64,000 nt of DNA, taken from contig DATFNZ010000229.1 of the NCBI GenBank assembly GCA_035266085.1, positions 9,129-73,128 of the forward strand, in the 5' to 3' direction. Source of the DNA: Thermoanaerobaculia bacterium. Lineage in GTDB: Bacteria; Acidobacteriota; Thermoanaerobaculia; Multivoradales; UBA5704. Position 1 is the stretch's first letter. Each line of letters starts with the position of its first letter. Of this stretch, positions 49,359 to 59,706 are shown in pieces. Under the pieces are notes generated by a model. That model ran no database searches. It was not told the DNA's origin and saw only the letters and a list, made by a program, of their open reading frames with translations. A program made the translations under genes and the position numbers.

Positions 49359-50198
49359 TCAATCCCGCCCGGTCAGCCGCTGCCGGATCTGCCGGGCCTT
49401 CGAGTAGTACCAGTGGCTGACCTGGCAAACCTCCTCGTAGCCGATCTGGCGGTAGATCGGCTCGCCATCCTTCGAGGCGTGGAGGATGGAGATCCGGTAT
49501 CCGAGCTCGCGGGCATGCTCCAGGGCGGCGAGCGTGACCGCCTTGCCGATCCCCTTGCCGCGCGCCTTCGGCAGCGTCGCGACATGGTAGAGGCCCGCGG
49601 CCCCGGCGCCCAGGAAAACCGTCGAGCAGGCGACTGGGATGCCGTCGAGGCTGGCCACGAAGTGCCAGGCGCGCCGTGGTTCCTGGCGGACCATCCACTC
49701 GACCCCGCCGACCAGATTGCGCCGGCGCTCGGTGGTCGCCGGGCCGAAGAAGGGGTGCTCGTACCTGCGGAAAATCGAGAAGTCCTCCAAGGCGGCGATG
49801 GCGAGCCCCTGGGGCCGGCGGAAATCCGTCCGGATGGCATGGAGGTCGGCCGCCATCCCCGGCAGGCGTTGCTGGCACCAGAGTCCGGCCGCCCGGAGAC
49901 GGTCCCCCAGGTCGGCCGGCGCTGATGACGGCCCGGCCCACCAGAGAGTCGGCTCCAGGTAGCGCCGGTGATAGGCCAGGATCTCCGCGATCCGCGCGTC
50001 GGCGCTCTTTTCCGTGAACCGCGCCCCGGCCACCGCGCCGCCCCGGCCCGGGAGAGTGGAGAAGAGCCACACGGCATCCCCATCGTCGTGCAGCTCCACC
50101 CCTGGCAGAAGCCCCTTCAGGCGCGTCCACTCGACGACGTTCCCCTCGACGGCTGCGACGGTGGCGGGGGAGGAAAGGTCGGTGAGGAGGGTAGGCAT
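49359..50198 (-). CDS. GNAT-family N-acetyltransferase
   Basis: 'VATLPKARGKGIGKAVTLAALEHARELGY' acetyl-CoA-binding motif (Q/RxxGxG/A). Confidence 0.8.
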   Translation of the reverse strand: MPTLLTDLSSPATVAAVEGNVVEWTRLKGLLPGVELHDDGDAVWLFSTLPGRGGAVAGARFTEKSADARIAEILAYHRRYLEPTLWWAGPSSAPADLGDRLRAAGLWCQQRLPGMAADLHAIRTDFRRPQGLAIAALEDFSIFRRYEHPFFGPATTERRRNLVGGVEWMVRQEPRRAWHFVASLDGIPVACSTVFLGAGAAGLYHVATLPKARGKGIGKAVTLAALEHARELGYRISILHASKDGEPIYRQIGYEEVCQVSHWYYSKARQIRQRLTGRD

Positions 50199-50270
50199 GG
50201 GGTGGAGCCGGACTTTAGCATCTTCAGGGAGACACGCCGGGGGACCTGGCCGGTCCCCCGGAGAGCAGCC

Positions 50271-52298
50271 TCAGAAGCCTACCTTCGCCACGAAGCCGTC
50301 GAACGAACCCTTGAGGTTGGTCTGGAATGCGCCTGGAGTCGCGAGGTCGGTCGAATTGGTGACCCCCGCGATGTAGATCCAGCGGGAGTTGTCCATGGCG
50401 CAGCCGGCGGTGTAGTCGTTGCCGGAGGCGGGGAAGGTGAGGGTGGAAGCGGTGTTGTTGCTCGGGATGTAACGGGCCACCCAGATATCGTAGATCTGAG
50501 CGTAGGGATCCGGCTGGTAGGGCTGAGTGATCTGCCCGACCGGATAGAGCCTGCCGGCATCGTCAGCCAGAAGTCCCACGACGAGCTGCTTCTGGGCGTT
50601 GCCGAGGTAGGTCGAGTAGGAGAAGCTCGTCCAGGAGCTCGACAGGCGGGCCAGGAAGGCGTCGGACTCGCCGCTCAGCGTTCCGTCGACGGCCGTGGCG
50701 GTCGTCGGAAAGTCTCCCGAGTAGGTCGTGCCGGCCACCCAGACGTTCCCGGAGGGATCGACCGCGATGCCCCCTGCGTAATCGGTGCCGCCGCCGCCGA
50801 AGGTATACCGGCCCTGAAAAGCCGAGCCGTCGACGCTCAGCCGGGCGGCGAAGGCGTCCACGGCGTACACGGGATCGTAGACCGCCGACGTGCCGGTGAA
50901 GACCATCCGGCCGGAGAGGTCGAGCGCGATGCCCACGCCGTTCTCCGCATGGGTGTCCCCGTAGAAAGTTGTGTAGAGCACCGTTCCGAAGCGGTTGAGC
51001 TTGGCCACGAAGGCGTCCGAATCACCGCCGCCGAAGCCCGGCTGCGCCACGTTCTGGGGCGGGTATAGACCCCGGAAGTCGGCCGAGTAAGTGGTCCCGA
51101 TCACGTAGGTGTTGAGCGAGGAGTCCATGACGATCTCTTCGCCCCGCTCGAACTGCGAGCCGCCCAGGGTCCGCGACCACTCCAGGTTGCCGGCGGGGTC
51201 CAGATGGAAGATCCAGGCGTCGTCGTTCCCTCCCGGTCCGCTGGTCGATCCCGTGACGGACATGCCGCGGTTGTAGTCGAGGGCGATCGCGTTGGCGCTC
51301 TGGTATCCGGGTCCGCCGACGTAGGTGGACCAGTCGATGCCGGAGCCGTCCAGGTTGAACTTGGTCACGTAGGCATCGGCGTCGGCCAGATCGGGATCAG
51401 CCGCTTGGGGGCGGGTGGGGAAGTTGGTCGAGTAGGTGTAACCGCAGGCGTAGGCCTGGCCGTTCGGGGTGACGGCCACGTCGAAGGCCCACTCCGTGCT
51501 CGAGCCGCCGAGGAGGGAGGCCCAGGCGAGCACCGGATCGATGACCAGCGGCAGCTTGGGATCGTAGGCTCCCACCTCGAATCCCACCGCGTCGCCGGCC
51601 AGCGTGAAGCGGCCGGCCACTGGCCGGCGCTCGCCGTCTGCCTGCTGGTAGAGCACCGGCGCGTGCTGAACGAGCTCGCCTGTCGCCAGGCGCAGGCGGA
51701 GGTTGCCCGCCTCGTCGAGCGCCATGCCCTCGGCCCCTTCGAAGCCGAGGCGAATTCGGCTCGGGTCGGCTCCGGGCGCGACCACGAAGTCATATTCGAG
51801 CTGTTCGCCGCTGCCGTAGTAGACCAGGTCGATCCCCGGGTAGATGCCGCGAGCGCGGATGCGGCCGTAGCGCGGCACGTTCCGCAACGCCTCGCCTGGA
51901 GCCGAGAGCCGCGCGTAATGGCTGTGGCCCGGGAGCTCCTGCTCCGGCTCCAGGGACTCGGCGGGCCGGCTCCCGAGCGGCCGCACGCGGAGAACGCTGC
52001 GGCGAAGCGAGGACGGAGGAGCGCCCTTGCCCTTCGGCGCGTCGGGGGCTCCGGACATCAGCGCGAGCACCGCCTCGTCGCGGGTCAGGAAGAGGGCATA
52101 GCCGGCGCCCCTGGCCAGATAGCGGACTTCCGGCCCGCTCTGGCCGAGGTTGGGCTCGAAGGCCAGGGGAGCGCGGCCGAGCACCTTGGCGGCCGAGGTC
52201 TCCGCGGCCTCTCCCGAACTGGGGACGGCAAGGGAGAGGAGCGGCAGCAGGCAGGCGGACATGGCGACGGCGCTACGCAGAAAACGTGACGATCTCAT
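50271..52298 (-). CDS. secreted SBBP (beta-propeller) repeat protein
   Basis: A signal peptide is followed by many repeats of the 'GG...D.A..IAVD..GN.YV.G.T.S.DFP.....Q....G..DAFVAKL' type. Confidence 0.75.
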   Translation of the reverse strand: MRSSRFLRSAVAMSACLLPLLSLAVPSSGEAAETSAAKVLGRAPLAFEPNLGQSGPEVRYLARGAGYALFLTRDEAVLALMSGAPDAPKGKGAPPSSLRRSVLRVRPLGSRPAESLEPEQELPGHSHYARLSAPGEALRNVPRYGRIRARGIYPGIDLVYYGSGEQLEYDFVVAPGADPSRIRLGFEGAEGMALDEAGNLRLRLATGELVQHAPVLYQQADGERRPVAGRFTLAGDAVGFEVGAYDPKLPLVIDPVLAWASLLGGSSTEWAFDVAVTPNGQAYACGYTYSTNFPTRPQAADPDLADADAYVTKFNLDGSGIDWSTYVGGPGYQSANAIALDYNRGMSVTGSTSGPGGNDDAWIFHLDPAGNLEWSRTLGGSQFERGEEIVMDSSLNTYVIGTTYSADFRGLYPPQNVAQPGFGGGDSDAFVAKLNRFGTVLYTTFYGDTHAENGVGIALDLSGRMVFTGTSAVYDPVYAVDAFAARLSVDGSAFQGRYTFGGGGTDYAGGIAVDPSGNVWVAGTTYSGDFPTTATAVDGTLSGESDAFLARLSSSWTSFSYSTYLGNAQKQLVVGLLADDAGRLYPVGQITQPYQPDPYAQIYDIWVARYIPSNNTASTLTFPASGNDYTAGCAMDNSRWIYIAGVTNSTDLATPGAFQTNLKGSFDGFVAKVGF

Positions 52299-52584
52299 TT
52301 CGGGCTCCTTACGGAATCAGGTTTCAACAAACAAGAAGCGATGACGTTGCGATCGGCCGATCGTGACGGCCGTAAAAGGCAATGGAGATGCCAGGGTGGA
52401 AAGCCTTGATCTAGCTGGGTTTACCGAAAATGCCCGTCCCTAAGTCGGGACTCGCGGCCAAAACGGGAAAGAGGGGGTCCCGGGAATGGGACAGCACGAG
52501 CCGTGAGCCTGGAGTATTATTTCCCCAGAAGCTCAAGCGCTACAAAGAACCAGTGCACATGGAACGATTACAAGGAGAAAGACT

Positions 52585-53244
52585 ATGAGGCCTGGCATTC
52601 GCAGGATTTTCCCCCTGGTCGCCCTGGTCGGGGCCATGTTCGTGCTCGGGTCGGCTTCCTGGGCCCTTGACAAGAAGGGTCCCAAGATCTCCGTCGGCGA
52701 CGACCCATCCATGAAGCAGGGCTCGCCCAAGCTCGTCCTGGTCGAAGTTGCGGACTTCCAATGCCACTACTGCGGCATAGCTGCCCGTGAGGTGCTGCCG
52801 AAGATCGACGAGAAGTTCGTCAGCACGGGAAAGGTCGAGCTCATCTTCCTCGACCTGCCTCTTCAAATGCACCCCCACGCCTTCAAGGCCGCCGAAGCCG
52901 CCGCCTGCGCCGGTGAGCAGCAGATGTTCTGGGACATGTATGCCCAACTGTTCGGACACCAGGGTGCTCTCGCTCCAGACAAGCTCTCCGGCTACGCCGA
53001 AGAGATCGGCCTGGACATTCCTGCTTTCCAGAAGTGCCTCTCCAGCGGCAAGCACGCCGGGGCCATCAAAGAGGACATGAGGACAGCAAACAACCTTGGC
53101 ATCACCGGAACCCCGGCTTTCCTGCTGGGGAGCCGGCTCCCAGGTAGCGACAAGGTCCAGGTCTTTGAGATCGTCAAGGGCGCGGTACCGTACGAGGACC
53201 TCGAGAAAAAGATCAATGCTCTCCTGAGCCCAGCCCAACCGTAG
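52585..53244 (+). CDS. DsbA-family thiol:disulfide oxidoreductase (exported)
   Basis: Signal/TM N-terminus and 'VEVADFQCHYCG' CxxC active site. 'GITGTPAFLLG' contains the cis-Pro loop. Confidence 0.85.
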   Translation: MRPGIRRIFPLVALVGAMFVLGSASWALDKKGPKISVGDDPSMKQGSPKLVLVEVADFQCHYCGIAAREVLPKIDEKFVSTGKVELIFLDLPLQMHPHAFKAAEAAACAGEQQMFWDMYAQLFGHQGALAPDKLSGYAEEIGLDIPAFQKCLSSGKHAGAIKEDMRTANNLGITGTPAFLLGSRLPGSDKVQVFEIVKGAVPYEDLEKKINALLSPAQP

Positions 53245-53386
53245 GTCCAGTCGCGCCACCCGTGGCGGGTTTTTCCCGCGATGGCGTATCCCTCGTCAGA
53301 CAGCACTCGCGGTGATGGTCACCGCGGGGCGGTCGGGGGGCGAAGAGCCCCCGGAACCCATAAGGTCTAACGAGGAGATTTACACC

Positions 53387-54808
53387 ATGTCACTGTTTCG
53401 AATTTCAACCGTTCTTCCAGCCGCCGGCCTCGTGCTGGCTCTAACCTTCGGCTCTTCCGCGGCCCGCGCCGCGGAACTGGCATTCGACTGCAACGTTGGC
53501 GGCGTCCATGACGTTACCGTGGGCCTGATGACCGCGGTGTCGGATCCTGAGACGCGCCGCGAAGAGATGCACATCTCCCGGGGTCTGGCGCAGCAGCTCG
53601 GGATCAGCACGAGCGGCCCCTTGCGCCTCACCCCCGGAGGCGAGATCAACCCCCAGATCCGCGTGGTCATCGAAACGCCCGAGATCGACGGCCGGCAGAG
53701 CAGCGCCGTCTTCACGGTGACGAGCATCTTCGAGGCGTCCACCAGCCGCATCAGGGTCTACCGCAGCCTCAATGCGAGCGACAAGGACAGCGGCCAGTTC
53801 AAGCTCTTCAAGGATGCGGCCCCGGCCGAGGTCGACCTCACCATCACCGACAATCTCGGCGACATCGCCGACGTCAGCGCCCGGGTGTACTGGACGCCGG
53901 TCGCCACCAGCACGGTCACGCGGCGCAACAGCGCCGACCCGCTCGCTCCCAGCACCACCACTCCGAGCAAGATGTTCTGCGAGCCGGCGCAAAATGGTTC
54001 CAACGGTTTCTTCGAGAACGCGATCATCGAGGCCAACAAAAGTTTCGCTCTGGTGGTTCCTCACGGCGGCGCGATCGAGACGAAGACCAGCGATCAGATC
54101 ACCTCGGTCCTCAATGCTCTGAGCGCCGGCTGGGCCGTGCACGGCAGCCTGTGGGAGGCGAACGGCACGTGGGGTCTGGAGCAGACCCGGGAGCGCTGGC
54201 ACATCACCGCGACGGCGATTCTCGCCGCGTCGTACCCAGCTCTCACCAAGCTCTTCGCGGAGCTCGACTTCGCCGCGGCTGAGCCCGCTCAGCCCGGTCA
54301 GGCGGCCCGGCCGGCGCGGCCCTTTCAGTACGTCCTGGCCCTGCACGGCTTCGACGCCGGGGCCACCGAGAAGGGCCTGATCCTGGGCGGCCAGGCCGAT
54401 CGCGAGGCCAAGTGTCTGGTCGCCCTGCGAATTCAGGATGAGCTCGAGACCAGCCGCGGCAGCCGCAACGAGATCGGCTTTCGGATCTTCGACTCGGAAG
54501 GCGCGATCACGGTGGCGAGCAGCACCGGCTACATCCCGCCGGCGGACCACAGCGGCCTGGCGAACGAGAACATCGTCAACCGCCTGTCTCCCAACCCCAA
54601 CGGCGAGCCCGGCTGGGGAGGCCTCCAGATCGAGCAGTCCAAGGCCGTCCGCAACGACGAGACCAACGGCCAGGGCACCAGCGGCACCTCGGTCCGCAAC
54701 GCTTGGCTCCGTCACGTCGTCGCCCGCGGAGCCGCGGCGGCCATCGGCGAGCTCATCACGGAACCGAACCCCACCAATGCCTGCGCGCAGTTGACGGGCG
54801 CCCTCTGA
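53387..54808 (+). CDS. secreted two-domain protein with unknown N-terminal half and poly-gamma-glutamate-hydrolase (DUF867/PghP)-like C-terminal half
   Basis: Signal peptide 'MSLFRISTVLPAAGLVLALTFGSSAARA/AE' and SD GAGGAG. 'FALVVPHGGAIETKTSDQ', 'WHITATA' and 'YVLALHGF' resemble the PghP-family HGGxIExxT / HITS / HG motifs. Confidence 0.5.
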   Translation: MSLFRISTVLPAAGLVLALTFGSSAARAAELAFDCNVGGVHDVTVGLMTAVSDPETRREEMHISRGLAQQLGISTSGPLRLTPGGEINPQIRVVIETPEIDGRQSSAVFTVTSIFEASTSRIRVYRSLNASDKDSGQFKLFKDAAPAEVDLTITDNLGDIADVSARVYWTPVATSTVTRRNSADPLAPSTTTPSKMFCEPAQNGSNGFFENAIIEANKSFALVVPHGGAIETKTSDQITSVLNALSAGWAVHGSLWEANGTWGLEQTRERWHITATAILAASYPALTKLFAELDFAAAEPAQPGQAARPARPFQYVLALHGFDAGATEKGLILGGQADREAKCLVALRIQDELETSRGSRNEIGFRIFDSEGAITVASSTGYIPPADHSGLANENIVNRLSPNPNGEPGWGGLQIEQSKAVRNDETNGQGTSGTSVRNAWLRHVVARGAAAAIGELITEPNPTNACAQLTGAL

Positions 54809-54913
54809 TCCTTCTTCTCCAAGCTTGCCGGCCCCGTGCGGGCCGGCAAGCGCTTCCCTGCCAGGTCGGTTATCATAGGGTCGTTAGCCTCCATTCTCCT
54901 GCAAGGAATTTCA

Positions 54914-55702
54914 ATGATTGCCAAATCGACTCTTGGCCGGCTCTTCTTCGCGATCTCGATGGTCGCTTCCGGTGTCCAGCAACTGATAACGGGTGACTTC
55001 GTGAGATTGGTGCCGCCTTTGCCCGCGTGGATTCCCTGGCATTCTTTCTGGGCCTATCTGGTTGGTGTCGTTCTCATCGTCGCGGGCGCGGCGATTGGCC
55101 TGGGACGCGGGGTGCGATGGGCGGCGGCCGTGCTGGGTGCGATGATTATCCTGGCGTTCCTGCTCCTGCACCTGCCCCGAGCGCTTTCGGATCCTCTGGT
55201 GGGTTTCATGTGGACTAACCCCTTTAAGGCACTGGCCATGCTGGGGGGAACCATCATTCTGGCCGGAATCCTTCCTGAAGAAGACTCGGGCATCTCCAGG
55301 CTGTTCAGACGATTGATGCCCTTGGGGTCCGTGCTTCTGGGTGGGTTTCTGCTCCTGGGCGGGGTTCAGCATTTCGTATATGCCGACTTCGTGGCGCAGT
55401 TGGTACCGTCATGGATTCCAGGGACCCGGTTCTGGGTCTACTTCACCGGGGTCGCACTGATCGCGGGAGGTATGGGCCTCTTCATCCCGAAAACGGCTCG
55501 TTTGGCAGCGACGATGTCGGGGATCATGATGCTGCTCTGGGTGGTGATGCTCCACATTCCAAGGGCCCTGGCCGATTTGAGCAAGGCAGGCGAGACTGCG
55601 GGCGTCTTCGAGGCTCTGGCCTTGAGCGGAGTCGCATTCATGCTGGCGGATCTCAGGCGGGCTGCAAAGCCGGCAGGGCAGGGTCCGACGGCCGATCGGT
55701 AA
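54914..55702 (+). CDS. polytopic membrane protein (DoxX-like suspected)
   Basis: 262 aa with about 8 hydrophobic segments. I prefer the ATG at 54914. Confidence 0.45.
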   Translation: MIAKSTLGRLFFAISMVASGVQQLITGDFVRLVPPLPAWIPWHSFWAYLVGVVLIVAGAAIGLGRGVRWAAAVLGAMIILAFLLLHLPRALSDPLVGFMWTNPFKALAMLGGTIILAGILPEEDSGISRLFRRLMPLGSVLLGGFLLLGGVQHFVYADFVAQLVPSWIPGTRFWVYFTGVALIAGGMGLFIPKTARLAATMSGIMMLLWVVMLHIPRALADLSKAGETAGVFEALALSGVAFMLADLRRAAKPAGQGPTADR

Positions 55703-55714
55703 GTTGCGAGCTCT

Positions 55715-58700
55715 ATGGCAAGACTCGGCTCCAGGTTCGGATTAGCAATGATCGGCGTCGGCTTGGTGTCCGTGGTCGCGATGACTCTCGCCTGGCAGGC
55801 ACCCTTTGAACTTGAGGATAGGGTACCCATGCGGTCGCGGGTTCTTGCGGCCTTCGGGGATTCAAAGCTGGCCGGAGTCCGGCTGACCGACCTACCCGAG
55901 GCGACAGGTTCCCGGTCTACCGTCGAGAGCCGGACTGTTTATCGTGAAGCTCAGGCTCGTTCCCGGGAACATCCGACGCCTCGAGCCCTCGGCGATTACG
56001 GGATTTCTCAGCTCGTGACCGGTGACTACGACGCGGCGATAAGGACGCTCGAGCGGGCCAGCCGCCAAGCGCCGTTCGATACCGTTCTTCGTACAGACTT
56101 GGATGCTGCTTACCTGGTGCGTGGCCGGGCCCTCAACAATCCGCGGGATCTGGTGCGTGCTCTCAACCGCATCGGACCCAACCCCTCTCTACCGGAGCCT
56201 GCCTTCAACCGCGCGCTTGCGCTCCAGTCTCTCTTTCTCCGTCGGCTTGCGAAGAATGCCTGGATGCAGTACATCAGGCGGGATCCCGATTCTTCCTGGG
56301 GCCTCCTCGCAGCGGCTCACCTGCCCGTGCTGGCGTCCACCGAAGGCACGATGGACCGAGGCGGGAGTGTTTCTCTACCGATCCAGTCATCTCGGCCTGA
56401 AGTGCTCCAGGACTGGATCGAGGAACAGGGTTTGACCGCCTGGATCTCCGCGGTTTTCGAAGGAGATGAAACGGGTCGGAGAACGGCTGAGCTCCGCCTC
56501 GGTGCGGCCGCCTCCAGGCTGGCGGAGCTCAGCGGCGATCGCCTCGCGACCGACGAAGCTCAGGTTCTGTCGGCGGCTTCGGGGGAGCGCTTGAGGATGC
56601 TTGCTCAGGGACTGCGCGACTATACCGAAGCCAGGCGCTGGCTCGACCGTTACAGCTTTGAAAGGGCTCTCGAGCTCTTCCGTCGCTCTTCCGTACGTCT
56701 GGGCAAGGCCTCAAGCCCACGCTTCTGGGTGGCTGAAGAGGGAATCGCTCATTGTGACCTTCAGCTTGAACGATACGCCGCCGCTCGTGGGAGAGCCGAG
56801 CAGACCGCGCGGGTGGCTCGACGCCAGCGCTACTCCTCCGTGGAGGCGCGCTGCTCCTGGATACTGGCAGGTATCAATCTCGCCATACTCGATCTCGATT
56901 CGGCTCAGCGCCACGCGACCGCGCTCTATGACATCCATCAGCGGGCCAAGAACCGCACGGGCACTGCAACGGCGGATCTTCTGTTGGGGCGCATCGATGA
57001 CGAGATGGGGGACTCCACGGCAGCATGGTTCCATCGGCTCCGGGGCTTCAGAGACCTCGCCCAGGACGGTGGCGACGAACGATTGGCGATGGCGATCAGC
57101 AATGCATCCTTCGCATTGGCGCGGGAAGGAGAGCTCCACGCCGCCGCTGACTTTGCTTCTGAAGCCCTGGCTTTCGACCGCTGGCAGGGAACTCCTCTCG
57201 GCCTGGCCGAATCCCTCTGGATTCGAGCCATGCACCGGGCCAAAGGAGGAGATCCTCAAGGCGCTCTCGCCGACATCCGCGAGGCCGAATCCTATCTGCC
57301 GAAGATCGACAGCCCCGCCAACCGCGTACGGCTCCTGGCTGGTCTGCGCGCGGTGGAAGGTGCCTCCTACAGAGTGAGCCGTCCGCTCCTGGCGATCGAG
57401 AAGCTGGACGAGGCTCTCGAGTTTCTGCAGGCAAGGGGCTATGAGTACGGCCAGGCGGAAATTCTCATCGATCGCGCCCGGTCCCTCGGCCAGATCAGCC
57501 GATTCGAGGAGGCGCTGGCCAACCTGGACCAGGCCGCGCGTCTCGTCGCCGCCCAACGCATTCGGATTCAGGAACCTCTTCTAAGGGTGTCATTCTTTGA
57601 TCTGCAAGCCGAACTCGCCGATGAGCGAGTCGCCGCCTCCATGCGCTTGGACCCACTGGGCGAAAAAGCGTTCTGGGCCGCCGATCAGGCACGAGGGCTT
57701 CTGTTTCGTGACAGTCTTGACCTCGCACCGCTCGACACGGAGGCCTCGCCACAATCGATCTCCCGCCTGACGAGCCATCTCGGCGAAACCGATGCACTGC
57801 TCTCCTACTGGTCGCTTCCGGATTCCCTGCTGATTTGGGTCGCTCGCCGTGACAAGCCTCTCAGGATCGTCCGGCGAGCCATCTCCAGGGCCCAGCTCAT
57901 TCAGCAGACCTCTAGCTTCGTCGCCGCGATCGAAGAGGGTGCTGAACCTTCGGTCTTGATGCCTCTATCGCTGCGTCTTGGCGAGAGTTTGATCGCTCCC
58001 CTCTCCTCCGACCTGGTGGGAGTTAGCCGTCTGATCGTGGTCCCCGACCGCATCGTTCGCGGCGTGCCCTGGGCAGCCCTCGAAGCGGGCCGAGGTCAAG
58101 GGCCGCTGCTACGCCAGTTCATCCTTCGAGTCAGTCCGGCGGCTGGAATGCTGGGCACCGCAAGCGGAGGGAGACCGCACCCGGCGGACGATCCGGCCCC
58201 CGGCCACCTGCTGGCGATCGGCGACCCTGAAGTTATCTCGCCGGCCGGCAATACCTACTTCAGCCTGCCAGGCGCCCGCCGGGAGATCGAGAGGATCGCG
58301 GGGCTTTTCCCCGAACCTGTAGTTCTTACTGGCCGGGAGGCTACACGGGATCGCCTGCTGGCGGAACTCGGAAAAGCCTCCATCGTCCATGTCGCGACGC
58401 ACTTCCTGGTGGGCCGTAATCCGGGGTCGTCGCGCATCGTGTTGGCTGGCCCGGCCGGGGACTCATCTGGAAGTCTGGACGCCGCGGCGATCGCTCGCCT
58501 GTCGCTTCCCCATCTCCGGCTCGTGGTCTTGAGCGGCTGTGCCACCAATCGTGAAGCCGAACCCTCGCTCGAGGGGACTTTCGCGGCGGCCGGTTCCTTC
58601 CTCGCCGCGGGCGCTGGCGAGGCCGTCGCAACCCTCTGGCCGGTGGGTGACCGCTTTACCGCCGACCTCATGACGCGCTTCTATCGCGAGTTGCTCTCTG

Positions 58701-58837
58701 GTTACGACACCGACGAAGCGCTTCGCCGCGCCCAGCTTGCGTTGCTCGACGGAGTCCAACCGGCTCAATGGGCAGCTTTTCAAGTGGTTTCACTTCGCTC
58801 CCAAGGGCGGGGGACGAAGATTGGAAGGGAGAGATGA
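55715..58837 (+). CDS. membrane-anchored TPR-repeat protein with C-terminal CHAT (caspase-like) protease domain
   Basis: N-terminal TM 'FGLAMIGVGLVSVVAMTLAW' and a long TPR-like helical array. The CHAT C-terminus contains 'SIVHVATHF' (His) and 'LVVLSGCATN' (Cys), followed by 'ATLWPVGD'. Confidence 0.85.
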   Translation: MARLGSRFGLAMIGVGLVSVVAMTLAWQAPFELEDRVPMRSRVLAAFGDSKLAGVRLTDLPEATGSRSTVESRTVYREAQARSREHPTPRALGDYGISQLVTGDYDAAIRTLERASRQAPFDTVLRTDLDAAYLVRGRALNNPRDLVRALNRIGPNPSLPEPAFNRALALQSLFLRRLAKNAWMQYIRRDPDSSWGLLAAAHLPVLASTEGTMDRGGSVSLPIQSSRPEVLQDWIEEQGLTAWISAVFEGDETGRRTAELRLGAAASRLAELSGDRLATDEAQVLSAASGERLRMLAQGLRDYTEARRWLDRYSFERALELFRRSSVRLGKASSPRFWVAEEGIAHCDLQLERYAAARGRAEQTARVARRQRYSSVEARCSWILAGINLAILDLDSAQRHATALYDIHQRAKNRTGTATADLLLGRIDDEMGDSTAAWFHRLRGFRDLAQDGGDERLAMAISNASFALAREGELHAAADFASEALAFDRWQGTPLGLAESLWIRAMHRAKGGDPQGALADIREAESYLPKIDSPANRVRLLAGLRAVEGASYRVSRPLLAIEKLDEALEFLQARGYEYGQAEILIDRARSLGQISRFEEALANLDQAARLVAAQRIRIQEPLLRVSFFDLQAELADERVAASMRLDPLGEKAFWAADQARGLLFRDSLDLAPLDTEASPQSISRLTSHLGETDALLSYWSLPDSLLIWVARRDKPLRIVRRAISRAQLIQQTSSFVAAIEEGAEPSVLMPLSLRLGESLIAPLSSDLVGVSRLIVVPDRIVRGVPWAALEAGRGQGPLLRQFILRVSPAAGMLGTASGGRPHPADDPAPGHLLAIGDPEVISPAGNTYFSLPGARREIERIAGLFPEPVVLTGREATRDRLLAELGKASIVHVATHFLVGRNPGSSRIVLAGPAGDSSGSLDAAAIARLSLPHLRLVVLSGCATNREAEPSLEGTFAAAGSFLAAGAGEAVATLWPVGDRFTADLMTRFYRELLSGYDTDEALRRAQLALLDGVQPAQWAAFQVVSLRSQGRGTKIGRER

Positions 58838-59694
58838 TGATCAAAGTGCTGATCGTGGTGTCCGGTCTAGTAATGTTTGTTCCCGACACGCCGAACAATA
58901 CAGTGACCGCTTTGCTGGTAGGGACCAAGTCCATGCGAGGTATGGTGGAGCACATTCCACAGCTCCATTTGTACCCTGCTTCGTCTTCCAGTCAAAGCTG
59001 GAACCTCGAGCACCAGGTAAACAATAGCGTGTTGATCAGAGTTAAAGCCAAGAATCGGCTATCGATCAACCTCGATGCTAAAAAAGATTATGCTCAGATG
59101 AGCCAATTGACCACTGGCGCCAAAGTCAAACCTGAATGCCTCGCCGGCAAGTGCAAGCAAGTCGCTGCGACAGTACGTTTTGAAGGCGGTTGGCAGACGA
59201 GGCCGCTCCAGCGTTGCAGCGATGAATGGAGTTTTCCGGTGAGCTTCGAGAAAGAAATTGTGAAGTCCGGATTTCGGAAACCACCTGCGTTTGACAAACC
59301 TCTGAAGAGCCAGCCGCCACGCCGGCTTGCTACGGGACTAGCGCTTGAGGCCGATATCGAGAAGCTCGAGGATCTTCGTCTTGAGATCAAGGGAGCATCC
59401 CAGAAGCTTCAACTGGCCAAGCCGGGCAAGTGCAAGCGATGGCGCGGCACCGATGAGCCTTGCGTTATCATTGAGGTGGAAAACTGGGCCGTTCCCACTC
59501 CCCCCCTTTGCGGTAAGAACAAACCTGATCCATGCCGGCCGGACCGTCATTTTGCTATGTTTTACGACCTGCTGGTGAATCCTCCCGCAAACGGCGACCG
59601 CTGGCTGCCCTATGCAGTGTCGCCCGCGGCTGACTTGAAGTGTCCCTCTAGCGGTGACACCAAGCCTGCGATCCGTTGCCCTACAACATTCTAA
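58834..59694 (+). CDS. hypothetical exported Cys-rich protein, translationally coupled to the CHAT gene
   Basis: The ATG at 58834 overlaps the CHAT stop (ATGA). Hydrophobic N-terminus 'MMIKVLIVVSGLVMFVP'. About 10 Cys, often paired (CLAGKC, CKRWRGTDEPC, CGKNKPDPC). Visibly lower G+C. No family was recognised. Confidence 0.55.
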   Translation: MMIKVLIVVSGLVMFVPDTPNNTVTALLVGTKSMRGMVEHIPQLHLYPASSSSQSWNLEHQVNNSVLIRVKAKNRLSINLDAKKDYAQMSQLTTGAKVKPECLAGKCKQVAATVRFEGGWQTRPLQRCSDEWSFPVSFEKEIVKSGFRKPPAFDKPLKSQPPRRLATGLALEADIEKLEDLRLEIKGASQKLQLAKPGKCKRWRGTDEPCVIIEVENWAVPTPPLCGKNKPDPCRPDRHFAMFYDLLVNPPANGDRWLPYAVSPAADLKCPSSGDTKPAIRCPTTF

Positions 59695-59706
59695 AGAATT
59701 TCGAGA